This document shows positions 39,397-50,184 of a stretch of DNA of 64,000 nucleotides, one piece after another. The notes beneath the pieces are model-generated. The model was given only the letters and a program-made list of their open reading frames with translations, did not search any database and was not told the origin of the DNA. Made by a program: the position numbers and the translations under genes. The first letter of the stretch is position 1. Each line of letters begins with the position of its first letter. The stretch is from an uncultured Christensenella sp. (lineage in GTDB: Bacteria; Bacillota; Clostridia; Christensenellales; DTU072), in NCBI GenBank assembly GCA_949285605.1, contig CASDZI010000002.1, positions 14,683-78,682 of the forward strand, read 5' to 3'.

Positions 39397-41244
39397 TTAA
39401 GCGTTTGTATCGTATATTATCGTCGCGAACCCTTTTTCCGGTAAAGTTGCGCCGTTTTCGGCATAAGCGTAGCCGTATTGATTTGCGCTCAAGATAAGTC
39501 CGCCGTCCCCCGTTTCGTAAATTGCGGTCTTGACCGTGCCGCCCGCAAAATTCACGCTGCCGCTTCCGATGTTGAAGAGCGGTATGAGATAACAACCCGT
39601 TTCTTCGTTATAGAAAGCTCCGTCCTGCGTTTCGTTCACGTTTACCGTCACGGCAGAACCGAAATTAAGCGTATTGTACTGAGAGTACGCATTTACAAAT
39701 TCGGTAAGGGAATCGAATACGGTTACGCTTATTTCCGCTTCGTCGGGAGAAACCACTCCGTAATTGGGGGTTGCTCCCGTTATAATTTCTCCGGTGGGAT
39801 CGTAAGTGTAAATTATAGGCTCGGCAATGAATTCTATAACTCCGCCCAACATTCCGCTTACGTTACTGTTGTAAATAAAAGCCTGCTGCTCTTTCTCCAA
39901 AGACGATATGTTGTTAAAGGTGTCTTCGGAAATTATTCCCTTCCCCGCCAAAGTCGCCGTGGTGGAATTGGTCATAGCCGCAGTTACGGCAGAAGGTATT
40001 TCGTTCAGGGTGGTGTCCGCCGGTATGAGGCTCAACGCTCCGCTTTCCAGTTCGGTTTCGTCGAAAATTTCGTTCAGACCGAGAGTTTTAAGTCTGTCGT
40101 TAAGTCCGTTTATCGCCACGTCTTTCAATGCGATAAGTATGGGCTCGGACTTCGTCACGCCTGCTTCGGGATTGTCGGCTTCATAAATATCGATTATTTC
40201 CCCTATCTTGGTATTTTGGACGATTTCGGTAACTTTCGCACTTCCGAGTTCGTTAACCAAAAGGTCTTCCGTCCCGAAAAGCTCCGCTTTGCCTGCGGCT
40301 ATTTCTTCCTCGGTGGGCAGACGCATTTTACGCAAGACTACCGCGCTGTCCTTGGTAATGTTAACCACGTCTTTTACGTAAAGAGCGTTTATAGTTTCGT
40401 TGATGCCCTTCAAAGGATAGGTATTGGTTACGGTCTCTCCGTCGATAACTTCGGTGATTTCCTTGGTTTTGTAAATCGGATTGCCGTATTCGTCGAGTTT
40501 TATTTCTCCGTTTTCGTCAAGTTCGTACTGCGACTCTATGGAACTGTATTTCAACGCCTTCAAAGTCATATTGGCGTCGTCCTCTATCGTCATAAGTTCG
40601 CAAAGGAACATACTCTTTATCGTGGTGTCGGTGCTCGCCGCCCCTATATCCTTTATCGCTACGTTTTTGAGTTCCTGCAATACGGCGTTGCTTTCTTCGG
40701 TAATTTCGATAACTTCTCCCAAAGTATAACTTTCAAAATCCGAAAAAGCCGTGGCAAGCGGACTCGCCAGAAATTCGGCGTCGGAAAAGATCGGCATATC
40801 GGGAAACTCTATCCCGAACTTGTCTTTGGCGTTGTTTATGGTGAGGTTGTTGCTGACGGTCTCTCCGAGTTTGTCGAGGGTGGAAGTCTTTATGATCGAG
40901 GCGTCCACTCCGATAACTTCTTCCACGGTATCGCTGATCAGGCTGACGCCTATCAGTTTTTCCAAATCGCCGATTTCCTTACTTGACATATCGGACACTG
41001 CGGCAAGGATCTCTCTGCCCCACTCCATAACGCTCATCGCCTTGACGGAATCGTCGAAGGCAAGTTCCGTCGAAGTGTTTTTCTCTATCTGATCGCTGAT
41101 GGTGCCCACCATTCCTTCCTTCGTCAGAACGATGTATCCGCCGAGGGCGATCCCTCCCAGAGTAAGCACTACGCCGAGCAAGATACACAGGATGACAAGT
41201 AACGCCTTCCCCACGCATCCGCCGGCAAATCCGGTAAATTTCAT
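39397..41244 (-). CDS. Membrane-anchored acidic protein with degenerate internal repeats
   Basis: N-terminal TM segment, CAGGAGGAG RBS, recurring LxE(V/I)IxI...L..LK...I units. Confidence 0.8.
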   Translation of the reverse strand: MKFTGFAGGCVGKALLVILCILLGVVLTLGGIALGGYIVLTKEGMVGTISDQIEKNTSTELAFDDSVKAMSVMEWGREILAAVSDMSSKEIGDLEKLIGVSLISDTVEEVIGVDASIIKTSTLDKLGETVSNNLTINNAKDKFGIEFPDMPIFSDAEFLASPLATAFSDFESYTLGEVIEITEESNAVLQELKNVAIKDIGAASTDTTIKSMFLCELMTIEDDANMTLKALKYSSIESQYELDENGEIKLDEYGNPIYKTKEITEVIDGETVTNTYPLKGINETINALYVKDVVNITKDSAVVLRKMRLPTEEEIAAGKAELFGTEDLLVNELGSAKVTEIVQNTKIGEIIDIYEADNPEAGVTKSEPILIALKDVAINGLNDRLKTLGLNEIFDETELESGALSLIPADTTLNEIPSAVTAAMTNSTTATLAGKGIISEDTFNNISSLEKEQQAFIYNSNVSGMLGGVIEFIAEPIIYTYDPTGEIITGATPNYGVVSPDEAEISVTVFDSLTEFVNAYSQYNTLNFGSAVTVNVNETQDGAFYNEETGCYLIPLFNIGSGSVNFAGGTVKTAIYETGDGGLILSANQYGYAYAENGATLPEKGFATIIYDTNA

Positions 41245-41279
41245 ATTCTCCTCCTGAATACTCTTAAATTATTACACCG

Positions 41280-42083
41280 CTATACTGCGGTAGCGGCGAT
41301 TATTCTGTCGATGACTTCCTTGATATTGAAACTTTCGGTCAGGAATTTATAAATGTAATTGTTTTCGAACAATATCTTGGTAAGGGTGCTGTCTTCGATG
41401 AGGTTGTTGACGGGGATTATCCATTCGTAAGTTCCCAGCAAACGGATCACGGCAAGGCTGCCCCAGATTATGACCGCCGCAATGACGAGCCCGAGGATAG
41501 CCCCTATCAGTTTGTTGACGAAATGCCCGAAATAGGTAGCCGTCACGAATTTCTTGATCAGCATCATGAGAAGCTTGACTATTATCGCAAAAATAATGAG
41601 CAACGCCACGAACACTATTGCCATAACGATATAGCCTACCAGCGTGGAACTCAATACCGTTATGAACGGCACTCCGTTTTCGGCGTCCACCTTATCGGCT
41701 ATGACCTTTTCGATGACTCCGCTGAACATAGAATAATTCGTTCCCTGAAGAAGATCCGCAAAAGGATGCGCCACGCCGTCGGCTATGTAACCGAGTTCGT
41801 TGGCTTCGCCGTCGCCGTCGATGTCGTAATACTGTATGACCACGTCGCCGTTGGGAATGGATTCGGAAAGAGGTTGATCTAAAGCCTGGGTGAGACGTTC
41901 GTCGAGAGTGGTCTTATCCACCACGAATCCGGTAACGGTAGAAAGAAGCACCACGGTCAAAATAATGGCGAGCAACGACGAAACCAATCCGAAGATCAGC
42001 TTATACATCCCTCTCCAGATGCCGAATATCAGCAGCAGAACCGTCAATACCACGACGATTATATCCAAAATGATTCCCGACAC
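41280..42083 (-). CDS. CvpA family membrane protein
   Basis: DIIVV...GIWRG N-terminus, VNKLIGAILG; GGAGG before GTG 42083. Confidence 0.75.
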   Translation of the reverse strand: MSGIILDIIVVVLTVLLLIFGIWRGMYKLIFGLVSSLLAIILTVVLLSTVTGFVVDKTTLDERLTQALDQPLSESIPNGDVVIQYYDIDGDGEANELGYIADGVAHPFADLLQGTNYSMFSGVIEKVIADKVDAENGVPFITVLSSTLVGYIVMAIVFVALLIIFAIIVKLLMMLIKKFVTATYFGHFVNKLIGAILGLVIAAVIIWGSLAVIRLLGTYEWIIPVNNLIEDSTLTKILFENNYIYKFLTESFNIKEVIDRIIAATAV

Positions 42084-42222
42084 GAGTCCTCCCTCCGGCA
42101 CTTACAGCCTAAATAAATGTATGAAATAATTATACTTAATAAGCATAGTTAAGTCAAGAGGTACCGAGGCAATTTTACTTTGCGGGAATATTTGTTAATT
42201 TTTTGGTCAAAACTTAAGCATT

Positions 42223-42723
42223 ATGAAAACGTATTTCCGAAACAAACCGGTAATAATCTGTATCGGGACGCCCCAAGTATGCGGAGACAGTCTCGGTCCG
42301 AGGGTGGGGGACCTCCTCGTGGAAAAATATAACGTGGACGCCTACGTTTACGGCAGAAGCGCCCACCCCGTCAACGGAGTCAATTTCAACCGTTACGTCG
42401 AACACGTCAAAACGCATCATCCGCACAGTCTGATAATCGCCGTGGACGCCTGTCTCGGCGAAAAAAAGGACGTGGGCAGGATAAAATATACCGTCAAAGG
42501 CTTACGGGCAGGCGCCGCTCTCAACAAAGATCTCGCCTCCGTCGGAGACATCGGTATCCTCGGAGTGATAGCGGAAAAAAGCGGCAACAACCTCCTTTCT
42601 CTTATGAATGCCGACGAACGGACCGTTTCCCTGACCGCCGAAAAAGCCGCCGAAAAAATTTTCGCCGTCCTCTCGTCTTTAAGATTAAATTATATTTCCC
42701 GTTCTACCATAATAAGAGCGTAA
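42223..42723 (+). CDS. yyaC: Spore protease YyaC (DUF1256)
   Basis: ICIGT, GDSLGPRVG, IIAVDACLG, VGDIGI. Confidence 0.88.
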   Translation: MKTYFRNKPVIICIGTPQVCGDSLGPRVGDLLVEKYNVDAYVYGRSAHPVNGVNFNRYVEHVKTHHPHSLIIAVDACLGEKKDVGRIKYTVKGLRAGAALNKDLASVGDIGILGVIAEKSGNNLLSLMNADERTVSLTAEKAAEKIFAVLSSLRLNYISRSTIIRA

Positions 42724-42922
42724 CGCTTGCTTTGCGGCAATTTTTTCGTCGGTTTTCTTTCCGAAACAAACGTTTTTACGACGCTACAGACGGTTTGGCT
42801 GCGTTCGTTTCTTTTACGGAAGCAGACGAAAAAACACAAAAAAAGCGGATTTCGTTGCATATTATCGGACTCCGTGCTATAATATGGCAATACCGATATA
42901 ATTTTTAAGCGTTGAGGAAAAA

Positions 42923-45127
42923 ATGCCCGAAAACAAACAAAGCAATAAAAAATCGTTGATTTTCATTCTGATAGCGATAGTCATTATCATAGTGGTGGCG
43001 ATCATTCTGATGCAGAGTCTCGGCTCCAAGGTCCCCACTTTATCTTATTCGGATTTTCTTTATTATCTTTACGAAGGACGGGTAACGGGCGTCATAATGA
43101 CCGACAGTTACACCGCGAGAGTGCTTCTCTCCGCTCTTCCGCAGAATAGCGAAGTTCCCGAAGGCGTCCTTATGGGAAAGGGTTATACTTTGGAACAGTT
43201 CGTTCAAAGTAACAAAAACAGCGATTTTTACGTCGTAGTCGATTCCCGCAACACCATAAGCGACACCATAATGGAAGTTTGCGAAACGAACGGCTACACC
43301 GTGCCGTACATCGATTTGAACGATCCCAACAGCGGCACCAGCTGGTCCACGATAATTTCCATAATGAGTTTCGTGCTTATAGCAGGGCTCGCCATACTGA
43401 TGTTCTTCTCGTTAAGAGGCGGCAAAGGCGGCAACAACGCCCTCAATTTCGGCAAGACCAAGGCCCGTATCGCCAACAACGTCAAAGTCAAATTCACCGA
43501 CGTTGCCGGAGCGGAAGAGGAAAAGGAAGAACTGCGTGAAATCGTGGAATTTCTTAAATCCCCCAAGAAATTTATTAACCTCGGCGCGAAAATTCCCAGA
43601 GGCGTGCTCCTCGTAGGTCCTCCGGGAACGGGTAAAACCTTGTTTGCGAAAGCCGTGGCAGGCGAAGCCAACGTGCCTTTCTTCTCCATATCCGGTTCGG
43701 ATTTCGTGGAAATGTTCGTGGGCGTGGGCGCAAGCAGAGTAAGAGACCTGTTCGCCCAGGCTAAGAAGAATATGCCCTGTATCGTATTTATCGACGAAAT
43801 AGACGCCGTGGGGCGTCAGAGAGGAGCAGGTCTCGGCGGCGGGAACGACGAAAGAGAACAGACCCTCAACCAGTTACTGGTGCAGATGGACGGTTTCGAC
43901 ACCAACGACGGCATAATCATTATGGCCGCCACCAATAGAGCCGACATTCTCGATCCGGCGCTTTTACGTCCCGGTCGTTTCGACAGGCAGATTTACGTCA
44001 ACTCTCCCGACGTCAAGGGAAGGGAAGCCATCTTCAAGGTGCACGCCCGTAACAAACCCGTCTCCCCCGAAGTGGATTTCAAATCCCTCGCCCGTCTTAC
44101 CAGCGGTTTTTCGGGAGCGGATATAGCCAACCTTCTCAACGAAGCGGCGATCCTCGCCGCCCGTAACAACCGTCAGACCATACTGATGGTGGATATACTC
44201 GAAGGTATCAACAAGGTCATCGCAGGCCCTCAGAAGAAGAGCCGCATAATCACCGAAAGCGACAAGCGTATAACCGCCTACCACGAAGCCGGTCACGCCA
44301 TAGTGGGTCGTCTTATGAAACACTGCGACGCCGTGCAGGAAGTCAGCATCATTCCCAGAGGAATGGCGGCAGGCTACACTCTGAGCCGTCCCAAAAACGA
44401 CAACAGTCACATAACTAAGAACAAATTGAACGACGAAATAACCATGATGCTCGGGGGCAGAGCCAGCGAGGAACTGGTCATTCAGGACATTTCCACCGGC
44501 GCCAGCAACGATATAAAGAGAGCTACCGAATTAGCCCGCAGAATGGTCTGCGAATGGGGTATGAGCGAACGTCTCCCCAACGTCTTCTTCGGGGGCGAAC
44601 ACGAAGTGTTCATAGGACGTGACTACCAGACCCAGACCACCTACAGCGACGACGTGGCGGCTATCATTGACGAAGAGATCAAAAAGATAATAGACACCAA
44701 CTACGCCCGAGCCAAAGAGTGCCTTGCTTACCACAGAGAAGTTATGGACAATATGGTAAAACTCCTGTTCGAAAGAGAAACCATCTACGGCGACGAAGTG
44801 GATATGCTTATGGAAGGGAAATCCTTGGAAGAGATCAACGCTTATATCGACGAAAAACTGGCGAAACAGAAAAAAGAAAGCGAAAAACCCGCTCCGATAA
44901 TCACTCCCGTTTTCGTCCCGGCGTCCACCATAATCCTGCCCGGATCGGACGATAAAAAGGCCGACGGGGATGACAAGCCCGAAGAAAAAACCGCCCCCGA
45001 GGACAAAAATACCGAGGCGGCGCCGACGGAAAACGAAAAAGCGGACGACGAACCTGCCGAAAAACGGGACGACGTCCCCGACGAAAGAAAGGACAACTCC
45101 GAAAACGGGAATAAGGACGAGGAATAG
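42923..45127 (+). CDS. ftsH: ATP-dependent zinc metalloprotease FtsH
   Basis: Two TM segments, [30 protein letters not shown]. Confidence 0.97.
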   Translation: MPENKQSNKKSLIFILIAIVIIIVVAIILMQSLGSKVPTLSYSDFLYYLYEGRVTGVIMTDSYTARVLLSALPQNSEVPEGVLMGKGYTLEQFVQSNKNSDFYVVVDSRNTISDTIMEVCETNGYTVPYIDLNDPNSGTSWSTIISIMSFVLIAGLAILMFFSLRGGKGGNNALNFGKTKARIANNVKVKFTDVAGAEEEKEELREIVEFLKSPKKFINLGAKIPRGVLLVGPPGTGKTLFAKAVAGEANVPFFSISGSDFVEMFVGVGASRVRDLFAQAKKNMPCIVFIDEIDAVGRQRGAGLGGGNDEREQTLNQLLVQMDGFDTNDGIIIMAATNRADILDPALLRPGRFDRQIYVNSPDVKGREAIFKVHARNKPVSPEVDFKSLARLTSGFSGADIANLLNEAAILAARNNRQTILMVDILEGINKVIAGPQKKSRIITESDKRITAYHEAGHAIVGRLMKHCDAVQEVSIIPRGMAAGYTLSRPKNDNSHITKNKLNDEITMMLGGRASEELVIQDISTGASNDIKRATELARRMVCEWGMSERLPNVFFGGEHEVFIGRDYQTQTTYSDDVAAIIDEEIKKIIDTNYARAKECLAYHREVMDNMVKLLFERETIYGDEVDMLMEGKSLEEINAYIDEKLAKQKKESEKPAPIITPVFVPASTIILPGSDDKKADGDDKPEEKTAPEDKNTEAAPTENEKADDEPAEKRDDVPDERKDNSENGNKDEE

Positions 45128-45147
45128 TCTTTCACCTTTTGCGTAAT

Positions 45148-45180
45148 AAAAAAAGCGACGGACGCTCCGCCGCTTTTTAT
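45148..45180. terminator. Bidirectional terminator (ftsH / pur operon)
   Basis: A-tract-GCGACGG...CCGCCGC-T-tract. Confidence 0.7.
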
Positions 45181-45194
45181 TTTTGTTTTCTTGC

Positions 45195-48100
45195 TTAACC
45201 GAAGTATTTTACCGCCGAAGCGAATACGTTCATATCGAAGTTTCCGTCCACGTTGCGGTACAGCCCGTCCTGATACCTTTCGGTATGTCCCATTTTCCCG
45301 AAAACTCTGCCGTCGGGGCTGATTATCCCCTCCACCGCCATAAAGCTTCCGTTGGGGTTAAAGGGGCTTTCCATAGTGGCTTTTCCGTCGAAATCGACGT
45401 ACTGCGTGGCTATCTGTCCGTTCTTTATCAAGTTTTCCATAACGCCGTCGGGACAGATGAATTTCCCTTCGCCGTGACTTACGGGAACGCTGTATATATC
45501 CCCTACTTTGAAATTGCAGAGCCACGGGCTTTTGTCGGTAGCTATCCTGACGTTGGTCACGGTGGAAACGTGACGGGCTATGTTGTTGAAGGTAAGGGTA
45601 GCGCTGTCGGCTGTTTGCGGGGCTATCTTTCCGTAAGGCAGAAGTCCCAGTTTTATGAGCGCCTGAAAACCGTTGCAGATCCCGAGTACAAGTCCGTCCC
45701 TGCGGTAAAGCAGGTCGTTGACGGCTTCTTCCAGACGAGGATTGCGAAACGCCGTGGCAATGAACTTCCCGCTGCCGTCGGGTTCGTCTCCGCCCGAAAA
45801 TCCTCCCGGGAAAGCTATGATGTTGGCTTGCTTTATCTTGGACGCCATTTCCTCGATGGTTTCGGCTATATCCTTTGCGCTCCTGTTCCTGACCACGCAG
45901 ATATCCGCGACAGCACCCGCCCTTTCGAACGCCTTGGCGGTGTCGTACTCGCAGTTGGTGCCGGGGAACACGGGAATAAACACCCTCGGACGGGCTGTCT
46001 TTACCGTGGAAGCGAACTTTTCACCCGAAACGAAAGATACGTTCTTTGCTTTCCCTTCGGCTTTGGCCGTGGTCGGGAACACCTTTTCCAGCGTGCCTTC
46101 GTAATAATTCCCGAGTTCGGAAAGCGATACCTTGCCCCTCTCGGTGGAAATCACTCCCGTATCGTTAAGTTTACCGATATACTCTCCTTGCGGACAACTC
46201 TTTTCTTTCGTAACGATTATAAAGTCGCCTACGGCGTTGATGAACAGAGTTCTGCGGGGTATCTCCACTTCCAATCCCGCCCCGTTTCCGAACAGCGATT
46301 GCGCTATCGCTACGGCTGCGTTACTTTCGACCACGGTGGCGTTCAGAAGTTTTCCTTCGTCGTTCAATTTCGCTATAATGTCGTATAAGGTTTCCAGATA
46401 TTCGAAGTTAGGTAACCCATACTCGTCCTTTTTTAATTTCAGTCGGTAAACGTAACCCGTGGAGGAAAAAGCGTTGTGGAGGATTTTTTCATCGGTGGTA
46501 AGCCCCATCGCAAAAGCAATCAGCGTGGGCGGCACGTCGATATTTTCGAAACTTCCGCTCATCGAGTCCTTCCCGCCTATCGCTCCCTTTTTCATTTTCA
46601 TCTGGGCGTAAAACGCTCCCAAAAGGGCGGCGAGAGGTTCTCCCCACCTTTCGGGGTCCTTGTTCAGACGTTTGAAAAATTCCTGTAAAGTAAGATAAAT
46701 CGTTTCCTTCTTGACCCCTGCCGCTATCAGTTTGTTGACGGCGGTCACTACCGAATATACCGCTCCCGTGAAAGGACTGACGCTTAAAAGCTCGGTATTT
46801 ATCCCGAAGGAAGATACGGTCACGCTGTGCGTAAAGCCGTCGACGGGAGGTTTCGCCGCCATAACGAGGGAGGGCGTAAGTTGATATTTTCCGCCGAAAG
46901 GCATAAGCACCGTCGCCGCTCCTATGGTGGAGTCGAAGGTCTCTCCTGCTCCTTTCTGCGAACAGTTGTTGAGTTTTGCAAGTTCGTATTTCAACGCTCC
47001 CTTGATATCCTCGCCTTTGATAAGCATATCGGTATGGTTGTCGAGAGAATTGAAATATCCGTCCGCTTTATAGACGAGTTTTGCCGAGCGTACCTGTTTT
47101 ACTCCGTTGGTGTCCAGGAAGTCTCTGGCGATATCCACTATTGTTTCGTCTTTATAAAACATTCTGAGCCGTCCGCCGTCGGTAACTTCTGCCACAACCG
47201 TGGCGTCGAGGTTTTCCTTGTCGGCTAAGGCTATGAATTTTTCGGCGTCCTTTCCGTCCACGACTACCGCCATTCTTTCCTGCGACTCGCTGATGGCGAG
47301 TTCTGTTGCGGTCAAGCCGTCGTATTTTACCTTTACTCTGTCCAGATAAATATCCAGTCCGTCGCTGAGTTCGCCTATCGCCACGCACACGCCGCCTGCG
47401 CCGAAATCGTTACATCTTACGATGAGCGAGGAAGCCTCCTCCGAACGGAACAGCCTCTGAAGTTTCCTTTCCTCGGGGGCGTTACCTTTCTGAACTTCGG
47501 CTCCGCAGGTGTCCAAAGACGCCGAGGTATGACTTTTACTGCTGCCCGTAGCTCCGCCGCAACCGTCCCGTCCCGTAGCTCCGCCCACCAGTATCACCAC
47601 GTCGCCTTTGACCGGTCTTCTGCGTTTGACCCTTTCTTTAGGCGCTCCGCCGATGACGTAACCTGTCTCCAGCCTTTTTGCTTTATATCCGTCGTTATAG
47701 AGTTCTCTTACCGTGCCGGTAGCCAGTCCTATCTGATTGCCGTAACAGGAAAATCCCGCAAGAGCGGTCTTGGTAAGCACTCTCTGCGGCAGTTTCCCCG
47801 GCAAAGTCTTGCGGTAGTCCTCGTTCGGGTCGGCGGCTCCCGTTATCCTCATAGCCTGATAAACGTACGCCCGTCCGCTTAAGGGATCTCTTATCGCTCC
47901 CCCGAGACAGGTCGCCGCACCGCCGAACGGTTCGATTTCCGTCGGGTGGTTGTGCGTTTCGTTCTTGAACATAATGAGCCACTCTTCTTCTTTCCCGTCG
48001 TTGTCTATCTTGCAGACCACCGAACAGGCGTTGATTTCCTCGCTCACGTCCATTTCCTGCAAATATCCGTCTTTACGGAGTTTCTTGACGGCGAGGGTGG

Positions 48101-48914
48101 CTATGTCCATAAGGCAGGGATACTTGTCTTTCCTGTCCCCGTAAACTTCTTCGAATGTCTTTTTGTAGAGTTCCCAGCTTTCCTCTATATGCGGATTGTC
48201 GCAGAGGAAAGTCACGTCTTTGAGTTCGGTCAAAAAGGTGGTATGACGGCAATGGTCGCTCCAGTAAGTGTCCACCACCTTGAGTTCGGTATGGGTGGGT
48301 ACCCGTCCTTCCCTGCGGAAATATTCCTGCACGAAAAGGAGATCTTCGAAACTCATCGCAAACCCAAATCCGTCGTAATACTCTTTCAGCGCCTTTTCGT
48401 CCATATCGTTGAAGGAAGTCAGTTCCACCCGCATATTCTTCCTTTCGGGGGAAACCCTCTCCAGCGTTTCGGGTAGGTCGAAAGAACCTTCCTTGCTGTC
48501 CACGGCGTTTATCAGAAACTTCTTGATCCTCGCCAGCTCCCCTTCGCTTATTCCGTCGAAAAGATAGACGGTGGCGCACCTTACCATAGGTCTTTTCCCT
48601 GCGGTAAGCAAACTTACGCATTGCGCCGCGCTGTCCGCTCTCTGGTCGAACTGTCCGTCCAGATATTCCACCACCAAAGCCGTCTTACCGTCTATCCCGT
48701 CTATTTTCTCTCCCACGGTATCCACCGTCGGTTCGGAAAAAACCGACTGCTTGGCTCTCTCCAAATCCTTTGCGTCCAGTCCCTCCACGTCGTAACGCAG
48801 TATCCTGCGGAGATAATCGAGTTTTATCCCCAGCGTGCCGTATATATCGGCTTTCAGCTTCGGTACGGCGGTGTCGTACTTCGGTAATTTCTCCACATAA
48901 ATTCTGTCTACCAT
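45195..48914 (-). CDS. purL: Phosphoribosylformylglycinamidine synthase (large fused type)
   Basis: WSDHCRH, KNETHNHPTEIEPFGGAAT, DFGAGG, PGTNCE, GICNGFQ, MGHTER. Confidence 0.96.
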   Translation of the reverse strand: MVDRIYVEKLPKYDTAVPKLKADIYGTLGIKLDYLRRILRYDVEGLDAKDLERAKQSVFSEPTVDTVGEKIDGIDGKTALVVEYLDGQFDQRADSAAQCVSLLTAGKRPMVRCATVYLFDGISEGELARIKKFLINAVDSKEGSFDLPETLERVSPERKNMRVELTSFNDMDEKALKEYYDGFGFAMSFEDLLFVQEYFRREGRVPTHTELKVVDTYWSDHCRHTTFLTELKDVTFLCDNPHIEESWELYKKTFEEVYGDRKDKYPCLMDIATLAVKKLRKDGYLQEMDVSEEINACSVVCKIDNDGKEEEWLIMFKNETHNHPTEIEPFGGAATCLGGAIRDPLSGRAYVYQAMRITGAADPNEDYRKTLPGKLPQRVLTKTALAGFSCYGNQIGLATGTVRELYNDGYKAKRLETGYVIGGAPKERVKRRRPVKGDVVILVGGATGRDGCGGATGSSKSHTSASLDTCGAEVQKGNAPEERKLQRLFRSEEASSLIVRCNDFGAGGVCVAIGELSDGLDIYLDRVKVKYDGLTATELAISESQERMAVVVDGKDAEKFIALADKENLDATVVAEVTDGGRLRMFYKDETIVDIARDFLDTNGVKQVRSAKLVYKADGYFNSLDNHTDMLIKGEDIKGALKYELAKLNNCSQKGAGETFDSTIGAATVLMPFGGKYQLTPSLVMAAKPPVDGFTHSVTVSSFGINTELLSVSPFTGAVYSVVTAVNKLIAAGVKKETIYLTLQEFFKRLNKDPERWGEPLAALLGAFYAQMKMKKGAIGGKDSMSGSFENIDVPPTLIAFAMGLTTDEKILHNAFSSTGYVYRLKLKKDEYGLPNFEYLETLYDIIAKLNDEGKLLNATVVESNAAVAIAQSLFGNGAGLEVEIPRRTLFINAVGDFIIVTKEKSCPQGEYIGKLNDTGVISTERGKVSLSELGNYYEGTLEKVFPTTAKAEGKAKNVSFVSGEKFASTVKTARPRVFIPVFPGTNCEYDTAKAFERAGAVADICVVRNRSAKDIAETIEEMASKIKQANIIAFPGGFSGGDEPDGSGKFIATAFRNPRLEEAVNDLLYRRDGLVLGICNGFQALIKLGLLPYGKIAPQTADSATLTFNNIARHVSTVTNVRIATDKSPWLCNFKVGDIYSVPVSHGEGKFICPDGVMENLIKNGQIATQYVDFDGKATMESPFNPNGSFMAVEGIISPDGRVFGKMGHTERYQDGLYRNVDGNFDMNVFASAVKYFG

Positions 48915-50164
48915 TATTTAATACCTATATCCCGTCTGTATTCGGAATCCTTGAAGGAAATTTTTTCTATTTCGGAATAGACCTTTTCTCTGCACTCGGC
49001 AATAGTCTTTCCCTTGGTCGTCACGCAAAGCACCCGTCCGCCGTTGGTTACGAGCTGCCCGTCCCCAAACGCCGTGCCGCTGTGATAAATTTTTATATCT
49101 TCGGAAAGGTCGCCTATGGTTATCGGATAACCTTTGACGATTTTCCCGGGGTAACCGCCGCTTGCCATCACCACGCAGAAGGAACAACCGTCTTCCCACT
49201 CGACGTCGATGTCGGACAACGTCCCGTCGATACAGGCGTCGACAATCGAAGTAAGATCGGTCTTGAGAAGGGGCAGTATGACCTGCGTTTCGGGATCGCC
49301 GAAACGGGCGTTGTACTCTATGACCTTAACGCCGTTTTCCGTCGCCATCAACCCGAAATACAATACGCCCTTGAAGGGTCTCCCTTCTGCTATAAGCCCG
49401 TTTACGGTGGGGACGACTATCCTTTCGACAGTCTCTTTCATCACTGCTTCCGAAAAAACGGAAGCGGGAGAAAAGGCTCCCATACCTCCCGTATTGGGAC
49501 CCTTATCGCCGTCGTAAGCTCTTTTGTGATCCTGGCTCGTCGGCATAAGGGAAAAGCTCTTTCCGTCGCAGAAGGCGAGCAAAGTAAACTCCTTCCCCGT
49601 CAAAAACTCTTCGATAACCACGGTGTTTCCGGCGTTGCCGAAAGCCTTGTCGAGCATGGTTTTTTCCAGAGCCTTGCGGGCGTCGTCTCTCGTTTCGGCA
49701 ATTATAACCCCCTTCCCCAAAGCCAGTCCGTCGGCTTTTATAACGGTGGGAAGAGGACATTTTTCTATATATTTTTTGGCTTCGTCGTAATTGTCGAAAG
49801 TGCGGTATGAAGCGGTGGGGATATTGTATTTAGCCATAAATTCCTTGGAAAAAGCCTTGCTCCCTTCGATGATCGCCGCTTGCTTTCTCGGTCCGAAGCA
49901 CCTTACGTTATCCTGTTCCAGACGGTCGACGAGTCCGCCGTAGAGAGGGTCGTCGGGCGCCACGAAAACGGTGTCGATATTCTTTTCCTTCACCACCTTT
50001 GCGATATGTTCGAAGTCCATAACGCTTCCTTCGATACATTCCGCAACTTCGCTTATGCCGGCGTTGCCCGGCAGGCAATACAGTTTTTCCGTCCTCGGAC
50101 TGCGGGCGAGAGCGCACGCTATGGCGTGTTCCCGTCCTCCTCCTCCTATCAGTAAAATTCTCAT
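48914..50164 (-). CDS. purD: Phosphoribosylamine--glycine ligase
   Basis: GGGGREHA, KADGLALGKGV, QDHKR, NTGGMG, RFGDPE. Confidence 0.97.
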   Translation of the reverse strand: MRILLIGGGGREHAIACALARSPRTEKLYCLPGNAGISEVAECIEGSVMDFEHIAKVVKEKNIDTVFVAPDDPLYGGLVDRLEQDNVRCFGPRKQAAIIEGSKAFSKEFMAKYNIPTASYRTFDNYDEAKKYIEKCPLPTVIKADGLALGKGVIIAETRDDARKALEKTMLDKAFGNAGNTVVIEEFLTGKEFTLLAFCDGKSFSLMPTSQDHKRAYDGDKGPNTGGMGAFSPASVFSEAVMKETVERIVVPTVNGLIAEGRPFKGVLYFGLMATENGVKVIEYNARFGDPETQVILPLLKTDLTSIVDACIDGTLSDIDVEWEDGCSFCVVMASGGYPGKIVKGYPITIGDLSEDIKIYHSGTAFGDGQLVTNGGRVLCVTTKGKTIAECREKVYSEIEKISFKDSEYRRDIGIK

Positions 50165-50184
50165 ATCCGTTCCTCTTTACTTTC

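Noticed and set aside
42724-42850. Long imperfect inverted repeat between yyaC and ftsH as an ncRNA
   Set aside because: Pairing is loose and low-complexity with no recognisable motif; more likely a terminator-like spacer.
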